Shown piece by piece: positions 25,619 through 33,062 of a stretch of 44,404 nt of DNA. Every line of letters starts with the position of its first letter. Position 1 is the first letter of the stretch. The position numbers were made by a program, and so were the translations under genes. The notes beneath the pieces are model-generated. The model had not been told where the DNA came from. It saw only the letters and a list, made by a program, of their open reading frames with translations, and did no database searches. The stretch is from Pseudobdellovibrionaceae bacterium (GTDB lineage Bacteria; Bdellovibrionota; Bdellovibrionia; Bdellovibrionales; UBA1609). Location of the stretch: positions 1-44,404 of the forward strand of contig NYZX01000007.1 in assembly GCA_002686065.1 (NCBI GenBank), read 5' to 3'.

Positions 25619-26404
25619 GTGGTCTCGACTCCTTTACGTGTTTTAAAAGTTTCTTCGATTTTTGCCATTATGATCGGCTTTTTGGTTCATGCGTTTGCGT
25701 TGTCTTTGCTTTACCGTGACGAATGGAAGTTTCGAAAGCGCGTGATTCGCCTCATCAGTACCTACGCGCAACTTGGAAACAAGGTCCTAGGCATCCAAAT
25801 ATTCACCAACCACGATGCCCCTCGAGACAAAAGTTTTTTGATTGTCGGAAACCACCTGTCCTATACGGATATTCTTGTCTTAACAGTCATTCGGCCTTCT
25901 TGTTTTGTGACTAGCCAAGAAATTCGCGAGACCCCTGTGCTTGGGCAAATCTGCTACGTCGCCGGCTGCGTCTTTGTCGAGCGACGAAACAAACAAAATA
26001 TTAGCAATGAAATTAAAGAGATCACCGAAGCCCTAAAACAAGGCATTGATGTCTCGATTTTTCCTGAAGCCACCAGCACCAACGGCGAAGGTATCTTGCG
26101 CTTTCGAAAGCCCCTGTACACAGCGGCCATCGACAGCAAACGCCCCGTCCTTCCCATGGTCATCAATTATATTTCCGTGGACGGAAAGATGATCCACAAA
26201 GGCAACCGCGACCATGTCTTTTGGTACGGTGATATGGACTTTGTGTCTCATCTATGGAACCTGGCTCAGTACAAAGAGGTCAAAGTCGAGATGACCTTTT
26301 TGCCGCCAATCCCAACTGTGAACGAAACCGACCCAGGTGAGCTCGCCAAGATCTCCCAATCCGCCGTAGAATCGCGATTTGCCCCTGTGGTGGATATTCT
26401 GTGA
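25619..26404 (+). CDS. PlsC-family lysolipid O-acyltransferase (OlsA/GlsA-like)
   Basis: H-x4-D box NHLSYTD, FPEATSTNG and an N-terminal TM helix. GTG start. Confidence 0.75.
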   Translation: MVSTPLRVLKVSSIFAIMIGFLVHAFALSLLYRDEWKFRKRVIRLISTYAQLGNKVLGIQIFTNHDAPRDKSFLIVGNHLSYTDILVLTVIRPSCFVTSQEIRETPVLGQICYVAGCVFVERRNKQNISNEIKEITEALKQGIDVSIFPEATSTNGEGILRFRKPLYTAAIDSKRPVLPMVINYISVDGKMIHKGNRDHVFWYGDMDFVSHLWNLAQYKEVKVEMTFLPPIPTVNETDPGELAKISQSAVESRFAPVVDIL

Positions 26405-26491
26405 TAGACTGGTTTTGGGTCGACCTTAAAGCGGCCTAGAAACATTACAATGCCTCAAGACGATAGAATTGAGGTCTGTTAGTTAAAGTCT

Positions 26492-27319
26492 ATGTGTCGT
26501 TTATTTGGTTTTCGTTCCGTTATTCAGTCTCAAGTCCACCAAAGTCTTGTCGATGCCGACAACGCCCTTGGTGTTCAAAGCGAGCGTCATCCCCATGGTT
26601 GGGGGGTGGCCTACTACGCGGCTGGCGCCCCACATATTGTTAAATCTGTTCAAACCGCTTTAAGCGACAATCTTTTCCAGAAGGTGTCCGGCGTGGTGTC
26701 CTCCGAGACGGTCTTAGCCCATGTTCGGCTGGCCACCCATGGCGAGAAAACCATCTTGAACACTCACCCCTTTCAGTTTGGAAATTGGGTTTTTGCTCAT
26801 AACGGAAATATTAAGGACTTCGAAAAACACCGAGACGAACTAAAGTCCCACATCCTACCAAAGTTTAAACGCTATATTTTGGGCGAAACCGACAGCGAAA
26901 TTTTGTTTTACGTTTTGATGTCCCATATTTCTTCCCGTATCGACATCACTCGCCCGGCCTGTGAAATTGGGTTACTGAAAGCGGCGGTATCAGAGGCCCT
27001 GGATAAGGTCATGGAAATCACCGGGCCTTATTCTAAAGTCGAAGCCGGCAACACAGAAACCTATTACACCTTTATCATTACTAACGGAACGACCATGCTG
27101 GCCCACCAGGGCGGACAAAAACTTTACTACAGCACTTATAAAAATCGCTGTGTCGAACGGGACACCTGCCCGAGCTTTGCACCCGAGTGTGAGGCACCGA
27201 CCAAAACTGGCTATATCAATCACTTGATCTTTTCCAGCGAACCTCTTTCCGGCGAGAATGTCTGGCTTGAGATGCAACCTGGCGAAATGATCGGTGTTGA
27301 TTGGCAGATGAAGCTTTAG
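26492..27319 (+). CDS. class II (Ntn) glutamine amidotransferase, YafJ-like
   Basis: N-terminal MCRLFG (Cys2 nucleophile), HPHGWGVAYY and FAHNGNI motifs. Confidence 0.8.
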   Translation: MCRLFGFRSVIQSQVHQSLVDADNALGVQSERHPHGWGVAYYAAGAPHIVKSVQTALSDNLFQKVSGVVSSETVLAHVRLATHGEKTILNTHPFQFGNWVFAHNGNIKDFEKHRDELKSHILPKFKRYILGETDSEILFYVLMSHISSRIDITRPACEIGLLKAAVSEALDKVMEITGPYSKVEAGNTETYYTFIITNGTTMLAHQGGQKLYYSTYKNRCVERDTCPSFAPECEAPTKTGYINHLIFSSEPLSGENVWLEMQPGEMIGVDWQMKL

Positions 27320-27328
27320 GGGACCTTT

Positions 27329-27814
27329 GTGCGGATCTTTAAGCCAGAAGACTACCAGCAAAAAGTCACTCAGGTTTACACATCCCTACACGATCAGCTT
27401 TCCGGCCATTTTCCCAAGGCAAAAATCGAACATATCGGTTCTTCGGCCATCCAGGGCGCTCTATCCAAAGGGGATCTCGATATTTACCTGGAAGTGGAGC
27501 CGGACCAGTTCCTAGAAACACTCGAAGGTTTACAGCGGGATTTTGGATTTTCAATTAAACGCGATACTTTAAGAACCGATTCCTTATGTATGCTGATTCA
27601 GGTTATCGATCAAGTTGACGTCGCCATTCAGCTGGTCAAAAAAGGCTCTGAATTTAATATGTTCATCCTATTCCGCGACCGAATGAACGCTGACTCCAAG
27701 CTGGTTCAGCAGTATAATCGTTTGAAGCTGGCCTACCACGATCAACCCGGCGATCTTTATCGACAAAAAAAGTCTTCATTTATATCAAACGTCCTCAAAC
27801 AAAAGGAAAGCTAA
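27329..27814 (+). CDS. GrpB-family (nucleotidyltransferase-fold) protein
   Basis: IEHIGSSAIQGALSKGDLDIYLEV resembles the GrpB HIGST..PG..AKP.IDI motif. GTG start after GGGGA. Confidence 0.6.
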   Translation: MRIFKPEDYQQKVTQVYTSLHDQLSGHFPKAKIEHIGSSAIQGALSKGDLDIYLEVEPDQFLETLEGLQRDFGFSIKRDTLRTDSLCMLIQVIDQVDVAIQLVKKGSEFNMFILFRDRMNADSKLVQQYNRLKLAYHDQPGDLYRQKKSSFISNVLKQKES

Positions 27815-27815
27815 C

Positions 27816-28331
27816 GTGCGTATTTGCTTAGCCACCTTCTTCGTTCTATTTTTTACGCTGACCAGCTCGGCCACACAAAGCCCCTATCAAGCGTTTGTTC
27901 TTAGTGGACACCCCTACGCCCAAGAACACCCGAATATCATAAAAGCGAAAAAAAAGATGGCCGACCACAAAGTGTTTTCTAACCCGATCACTTTGTCTAA
28001 AGGCCAGTCCAAGTACGATCACAGTCATTTATTTTTGAAGCCCGGGTTTGAAGCCCTTTATCATCAAGTTCAGTCAGATCCACAGACAAGAACTGGTGGC
28101 TTAGTTTTAGCCAACGTCATGATTACCAAAAAGGATCATCATTTTTTTGATCAGCTTAAAGTCGGCGCAAGCAAAGAACAGGTTCAGAAAGCGCTCGGAA
28201 AACCCACCCAGATTCTAAGCCAAGAAGATATGGTGACTTTTGTGTTTCGTGCCGACCCAAAGGCGCAGCCGGCCTTGCATATTGATTTTGAAGGCGATTT
28301 TTCAACCGCCTTCAGATGGGTGTTTCGCTAA
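27816..28331 (+). CDS. secreted hypothetical protein (C-terminal BamE/SmpA-like motif)
   Basis: Signal peptide. LKVGASKEQVQKALGKPT resembles the SmpA/OmlA fold motif. GTG start after AAGGAAAG. Confidence 0.5.
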   Translation: MRICLATFFVLFFTLTSSATQSPYQAFVLSGHPYAQEHPNIIKAKKKMADHKVFSNPITLSKGQSKYDHSHLFLKPGFEALYHQVQSDPQTRTGGLVLANVMITKKDHHFFDQLKVGASKEQVQKALGKPTQILSQEDMVTFVFRADPKAQPALHIDFEGDFSTAFRWVFR

Positions 28332-29647
28332 GCCGGTGACTTAGAAAATTTCCCCATGCTATAGGCCGCAAGGGTCGCCAAAAACGAACATCCCGTGATG
28401 ACCATAAAGACTTGGCCCCAGCCCAGTTGATCACTCAGAAGCCCGGCACTCCAAACAGCCAAGGCTCCCCCCATATATCCAAGCCCATCAATCATTCCCG
28501 TCGCTGAACCGGCGGCATTGGGACCTGCAATATCCAAAGTCAAAGCCCCTGAGCTCATCGAATAGGGACCTAACAAAAAGAACCCACACAAGCCTAATAG
28601 CACGACAATAACATCACCATTAAACGCCTCTTGGGCCAACATCATCGAGACCGAGCCCGCGCTGACAACCAAGCCCAATAGCATGATAGACATGGCCTTG
28701 GTTCGATCGCCGTTAACAGCATACTTATCCGTGTACCAGCCCAACAGAACCGTTCCAATACAGCCTAGCATCGGAAACAAAGCCGACTTTAAGATGGCGC
28801 TGGATGTCCCCATTCCCATATCGACTAACATTTTGGGCGTCCAAAAAAAGAAGATCGATCGCAAGAAGGTGGTTAGAAAGCTATAAAGCAACAGGAACTG
28901 GAAGGCGCGCAAGGATAACAGCTTTTTCACGATGTCTAGTGGATGCCCCTTAATTCCCTCGGCCTCATCACCTTCTGAGAACAAGGTCGCCTTTCGGCCC
29001 TGTAAGCTATGGCCAAAATTTGTATCTGGAATCAAGTCTCTCGGAGAGTTCTTGGAGGCCAAATAAGACCAAACAAAAATCAAAAATAGAACAAGCGGAG
29101 GGTAGATAAACACCTCACGCCAACCACCTCCGGCAGCGACGATGGCGCCGGCGAAAAGGGTCGCGACCACACCACCAAACTGAAAGTTCAAACTGATGAA
29201 ACCCATGACAGTTCCGTTGCGCTCGGGCTCATACCAGTGGCCGATCACTTTAGCCAGGCCACCCCAGCCCATGGATAGAAAGTAACGACAAACGCACCAA
29301 ACAACGATGAAATAGCCCAAGCTCGAGCCTTGTGAAAAGGCAAGGTTACAAAGGATGGCTCCGATCATTCCTGTCAGAAAAATGCTTTTCCCACCAATAC
29401 GATCGGCCAGAGGGCCGTTGATTAATTTTCCCACGGCGTAGGCAATTTCGGAATAAAGGGCAATCAAACCTAGCTCGGAATTCGAATAGCCGAATTCGTC
29501 CCCCATTAAGGGAACGGCCGCAGAAAGGTTTTTACGACAGATATAGTAGCCGACGTAACCAAACAACATCACCGCAAACGTCGAGTTTCTCCAACGCTTT
29601 AATCGTACCAACTCGTCTGCCGTCGGCGCGCGAAGCACATCTGCCAT
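28328..29647 (-). CDS. MFS transporter, organophosphate:Pi antiporter (GlpT/UhpC-like) family
   Basis: FGYVGYYICRKNLSAAVPLM and GKLINGPLADRIGGK match the GlpT-type N-terminal signatures. 12 TM helices. AAGGAGGG SD. Confidence 0.8.
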   Translation of the reverse strand: MADVLRAPTADELVRLKRWRNSTFAVMLFGYVGYYICRKNLSAAVPLMGDEFGYSNSELGLIALYSEIAYAVGKLINGPLADRIGGKSIFLTGMIGAILCNLAFSQGSSLGYFIVVWCVCRYFLSMGWGGLAKVIGHWYEPERNGTVMGFISLNFQFGGVVATLFAGAIVAAGGGWREVFIYPPLVLFLIFVWSYLASKNSPRDLIPDTNFGHSLQGRKATLFSEGDEAEGIKGHPLDIVKKLLSLRAFQFLLLYSFLTTFLRSIFFFWTPKMLVDMGMGTSSAILKSALFPMLGCIGTVLLGWYTDKYAVNGDRTKAMSIMLLGLVVSAGSVSMMLAQEAFNGDVIVVLLGLCGFFLLGPYSMSSGALTLDIAGPNAAGSATGMIDGLGYMGGALAVWSAGLLSDQLGWGQVFMVITGCSFLATLAAYSMGKFSKSPA

Positions 29648-29731
29648 AAGCCCTCCTTAACCGGTGCACTCATGGCTACACTAGCCAGCACGCCACCGCC
29701 ACAAAAGGCTTAACAACGAGGATAATTTACA

Positions 29732-29858
29732 CGCCCCCACCACCCCAACTCAGTCGTATAAGTGATACGTCACTTATACGAGACCAACCGCGTTCAATGC
29801 ATGGGGTCTCGGGAAAGTGACGTATCACTTATACGACTGAGTTTGGTTGGATGGGGCG
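29732..29858. repeat. 127-nt nested inverted repeat (REPIN-like element or paired palindromic operators)
   Basis: 29747..29775 is the exact reverse complement of 29815..29843 (29 bp). The imperfect outer extension matches 11 of 15 positions. An inner 7-bp pair is CGAGACC/GGTCTCG. The left copy is itself a perfect 12+4+12 palindrome (29754..29781). Confidence 0.85.
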
Positions 29859-29869
29859 AAGAGCGTGGT

Positions 29870-30349
29870 CTAGTTCCAGACCACGCCATGAGGTAGGTAA
29901 TCCACCCAGATATCTGGGGTGGAGTTTTTCTTCAATCCCAGCTCGTTATAGGGAAGCCACTTCGGCTTAGCCGGCGTCCGCAACAAGGGCATGCGCGCCT
30001 CGCTGGGTGTGCGATTTCCCTTTTTGTTATTACATTTCCCACAGGCCGCAACCACATTATCCCACGTATGCTGTCCCCCACGAGACACCGGCATCACATG
30101 ATCTAAAGTCAGTTCTTTTGTCGGAAATTTTTTTGCGCAGTATTGGCAGGTATGATCATCGCGCAGATAGATGTTCGGTCTAGAAAACCTCACCTGCTGA
30201 GCGTACTTACGATGAATAAATTTTCGTAATCGTAATACGCTTGGTAACTGAAAACTTTGGCTTGCACTTCGAACGTGAACTTCGTGGTACTCAAGAATAT
30301 CAACTTTGCCCTGTAACCACAATATTAGGGCTTTTTGCCAACCTATCAC
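29870..30349 (-). CDS. stand-alone HNH endonuclease (start region anomalous, see findings)
   Basis: CQYC...LTLDHVMPVSRGGQHTWDNVVAACGKCNNKKGN (Cys4 zinc site plus H-N-H). The frame stays open upstream to 30430 without a canonical start. Confidence 0.8.
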   Translation of the reverse strand: MIGWQKALILWLQGKVDILEYHEVHVRSASQSFQLPSVLRLRKFIHRKYAQQVRFSRPNIYLRDDHTCQYCAKKFPTKELTLDHVMPVSRGGQHTWDNVVAACGKCNNKKGNRTPSEARMPLLRTPAKPKWLPYNELGLKKNSTPDIWVDYLPHGVVWN

Positions 30350-30620
30350 TTTAATCGGCTCGTAGCTTGCGTTTAAAACAAGCGACCTGGATAGACTTTC
30401 GTTGAAGGCAACACCTCCTTGAATTGGTCCTTATTTAATTGTCCCAGCAGTTGAAAAAAAAGCAATAGGGATAAGTCTCAAAACAAAACCGTGACAAGAT
30501 GGCCGTCCCAGAAACGAACGAGGTCTAGTTTGTGACCGATAACTACTTATGGGAAACCAAAGATTTACTTCTAGGATGGTTTATCAAGTGCTTCCTAGTG
30601 AAGATGGCCAAGAACACAAT

Positions 30621-31217
30621 CTACGAAAGGTAAATGTTCTGCTGAAGAAACTGCTGAATCACCTCGATATAAAAAGGCTTCTCAACTTCCTGGATACGGG
30701 CTTGTAGGTCTTCCGCCCGATCGCCCTCCAACACAGGGACTTCCCTCTGTGCAATCACAGGTCCTTCATCATAGTTTGCTGTCACCTGATGAATACTGAT
30801 CCCCGAAATTTCTTCTTTGTTTTCGATAACCGCTTGATGAACGCGAATCCCGTACATCCCCTGTCCGCCATACTTCGGAAGAAGGCTTGGGTGGGTATTT
30901 AAAATTCGACCTTCAAATGCCTGAAGAACCTTCGGTCCAATCTGTCTGGTAAAGCCTGCAAGCAAAACCACATCCACATCTAAACTTCGAAGCACTTCTA
31001 GCATCTTAGCATCCCAGGCATCAAAACTAGGAAAGGCCTTAGGCTCGATAACCATAGCAAAAACTCCAAGTTGTTCGGCACGGGTCAAAGCATAGGCCTT
31101 GCCATTAGACGTCATCAAACAACTTAGTTCTGCGTGTATACTTCCGTTTTGAACCGCTTCCGCGATCGCCTGAAAAGTCGAGCCTCCGTGCGAGGCTAAA
31201 ACTGCTATACGAGCCAT
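30621..31217 (-). CDS. purN: phosphoribosylglycinamide formyltransferase
   Basis: MARIAVLASHGGS, NTHPSLLPKYGG and YDEGPVIAQ motifs. ATG 31217 preferred to the longer ORF. Confidence 0.85.
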   Translation of the reverse strand: MARIAVLASHGGSTFQAIAEAVQNGSIHAELSCLMTSNGKAYALTRAEQLGVFAMVIEPKAFPSFDAWDAKMLEVLRSLDVDVVLLAGFTRQIGPKVLQAFEGRILNTHPSLLPKYGGQGMYGIRVHQAVIENKEEISGISIHQVTANYDEGPVIAQREVPVLEGDRAEDLQARIQEVEKPFYIEVIQQFLQQNIYLS

Positions 31218-31376
31218 GACCTCATCGAACACCAGTTCAGCTAAAAACTCAATTCGCTCGAAGCCAAATTCTGAATTTTCAGCAACGTGTTGCAAAGAGC
31301 TAGCCCACGAGCGATTTATGATTTGTCCTTGGATTCAAGCCCGCTCGGTATAACAATATGGCGCTAGGGAGGGATC

Positions 31377-32393
31377 ATGAAGTCTTTGCTGTTTACTTTC
31401 ACATTAGGGATATCGGTCTGCTCTTGGGCCAATCAAGATTTGTTGCACTTATCGATTCATGCGAAAAGCCAGCATTCCAGCTACTCGGCCTGGGAACAGG
31501 ACCAACTGAACCCCACTCAATTGATCACAGAACTCGCCCGTGCATCCATTCGAAAAAAAACCAAAGACCATCTTTGCAAAGACCTTTTAAGTTTATCTTC
31601 CGCTGAATTAGCTCATTTTGCCGACGGGATCGAAAGCAATCTGTTGCTACAAACCTTTGCTTGCTATGAACAGTTGAATCAGCGAATCGATGCTTATTAC
31701 ACCCGTAAAAACATCCCCCTATCTAATGGTGACCGCTTTGGCCCAGCAACAACCAAAACATTAGAAGCGGCAGAAGGGCTTCGTGTTGTCGATGCCGACC
31801 TGTCTAGCGGCGAAATTGCTTTAACCTTCGATGATGGACCACATGGAACTCGAACACCAAAACTGTTAGAAATCCTAAAAAATGAAAACCTGAAGGTGAA
31901 CTTTTTTACTGTCGGTCAAAATGCTCAACGCCATCACCAAATCATTAAGGACGCTGCAAAAGCAGGACATATTATTGGCAATCATTCTTGGGACCACCCA
32001 GACATGAGACGTCTAGATACCAAGGATGCCCTCGCACAGATTCACCGCACATTCGATCTTTTGCATAGACTGCTTGGATCCATCCACTTGTTTTTCCGTT
32101 TCCCCTACGGAGCCCACACCAGCTCGCTTAGAAACGGGCTTGATCGAACAAAGACCTTTGAATTTTTCTGGAACATCGATACTTGGGACTGGAAGTACCC
32201 AGATCCCGATTTTTTATTAGACTACGCCCTTAAACAGGTAGACCAAGCCGGTAAGGGCGTTGTCTTGTTTCATGATATTCAACGACAAACCATAGCCATC
32301 ATGCCTGAATTCTTGCGCGAGCTAAAACGCCGTGGCTACAAACCGGTTTTGCTTGTCAGTGAAACCCATGACCAAGTTCCTCTGTTTCAATGA
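31377..32393 (+). CDS. secreted polysaccharide deacetylase (NodB homology domain)
   Basis: Signal peptide. LTFDDGPHG and GNHSWDHPDM motifs. GGGAGGG SD. Confidence 0.8.
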   Translation: MKSLLFTFTLGISVCSWANQDLLHLSIHAKSQHSSYSAWEQDQLNPTQLITELARASIRKKTKDHLCKDLLSLSSAELAHFADGIESNLLLQTFACYEQLNQRIDAYYTRKNIPLSNGDRFGPATTKTLEAAEGLRVVDADLSSGEIALTFDDGPHGTRTPKLLEILKNENLKVNFFTVGQNAQRHHQIIKDAAKAGHIIGNHSWDHPDMRRLDTKDALAQIHRTFDLLHRLLGSIHLFFRFPYGAHTSSLRNGLDRTKTFEFFWNIDTWDWKYPDPDFLLDYALKQVDQAGKGVVLFHDIQRQTIAIMPEFLRELKRRGYKPVLLVSETHDQVPLFQ

Positions 32394-32923
32394 TCCGTCC
32401 TCTGAAGCCGACCTCAAAAGCCGACAGAAGCTATCAACAGGTCGAAGACATTTTTTTTCTAACCTCGTCGAAACAGGACTTTTCAAGCCCTCAGGCGAGG
32501 CAAGACTTTGCCGCCAAGTACTTAGACTTCTATCTCTTTGGAGCCGGCTTGGCCTTTGGGTATTTTGACGAGCACACCCTGCTTGGCTACATCACAGCTT
32601 GCCAAAACAGCCATGCCGCCACGGATCAGCTGTCCGCTCACCACGCCTATTATAAGTTATTCGACCAGGCCTTCGATGATTACCCGGCTCATTTACACAT
32701 CAATGTTCACCCCAAGACACAGGGAAAAGGCATAGGCCGGAAGCTAATCCACCATCTTGAGGGCTACTTACAGGCTGAAGACATTCCGGGCGTCCACCTT
32801 ATCACCGGCCAGCAGGCCCCCAACCGCGCCTTCTACCAGGCCATGAGCTATACCGAAATCCTTCAAAGGCCCTTAGGCGAATCGCAGCTGGTTCTACTGG
32901 GTAAGCGCTTAAGAGCCCTTTGA
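32390..32923 (+). CDS. GNAT-family acetyltransferase
   Basis: VHPKTQGKGIGRKLIHHLE (Q/R-x2-G-x-G/A acetyl-CoA motif). Start overlaps the upstream stop (ATGA). Confidence 0.7.
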   Translation: MIRPLKPTSKADRSYQQVEDIFFLTSSKQDFSSPQARQDFAAKYLDFYLFGAGLAFGYFDEHTLLGYITACQNSHAATDQLSAHHAYYKLFDQAFDDYPAHLHINVHPKTQGKGIGRKLIHHLEGYLQAEDIPGVHLITGQQAPNRAFYQAMSYTEILQRPLGESQLVLLGKRLRAL

Positions 32924-32964
32924 ATTCAGCCTGACAGAACTTCCAGACTGACACTTCCGATGCT

Positions 32965-32981
32965 ATTGTAATTTTTACAAT
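32965..32981. promoter_or_regulatory. 17-bp palindrome upstream of the repeat-protein gene
   Basis: ATTGTAA-TTT-TTACAAT, 82 nt upstream of the ATG at 33063. Confidence 0.3.
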
Positions 32982-33062
32982 TTATTGCCTCAACCGTGTT
33001 AATTTTTCACCCCTACGTCTATGAAACCCTCATGTCACACCATCAATCCGGGGGGAATTTAG

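Noticed and set aside
29732-29858. The big inverted repeat read as an intrinsic terminator, a tRNA-like gene or a retron msr/msd.
   Set aside because: It has no U-tract on either strand and no cloverleaf or anticodon architecture. No reverse transcriptase gene is nearby. It is kept as a finding only under the REPIN-like or operator-pair readings.
29870-30349. The HNH endonuclease as part of a restriction-modification or other defence system.
   Set aside because: It has no methyltransferase, helicase, ATPase or other partner gene. Its neighbours are purN and an MFS transporter. The protein is a small stand-alone HNH that looks housekeeping-like.
30532-30633. A 33-aa plus-strand ORF (VTDNYLWETKDLLLGWFIKCFLVKMAKNTIYER) in the 271-nt gap between the HNH gene and purN.
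   Set aside because: It is below any reliable coding threshold, overlaps the purN 3' end, has no motif and has only a marginal GAGG upstream.
32965-32981. ATTGTAATTTTTACAAT as a LexA/SOS box.
   Set aside because: The Bdellovibrio-type LexA motif, as I recall it, is TTAC-N3-GTAA. Here the half-sites are in the opposite order (GTAA-N3-TTAC), and the downstream gene is not a DNA-repair gene.
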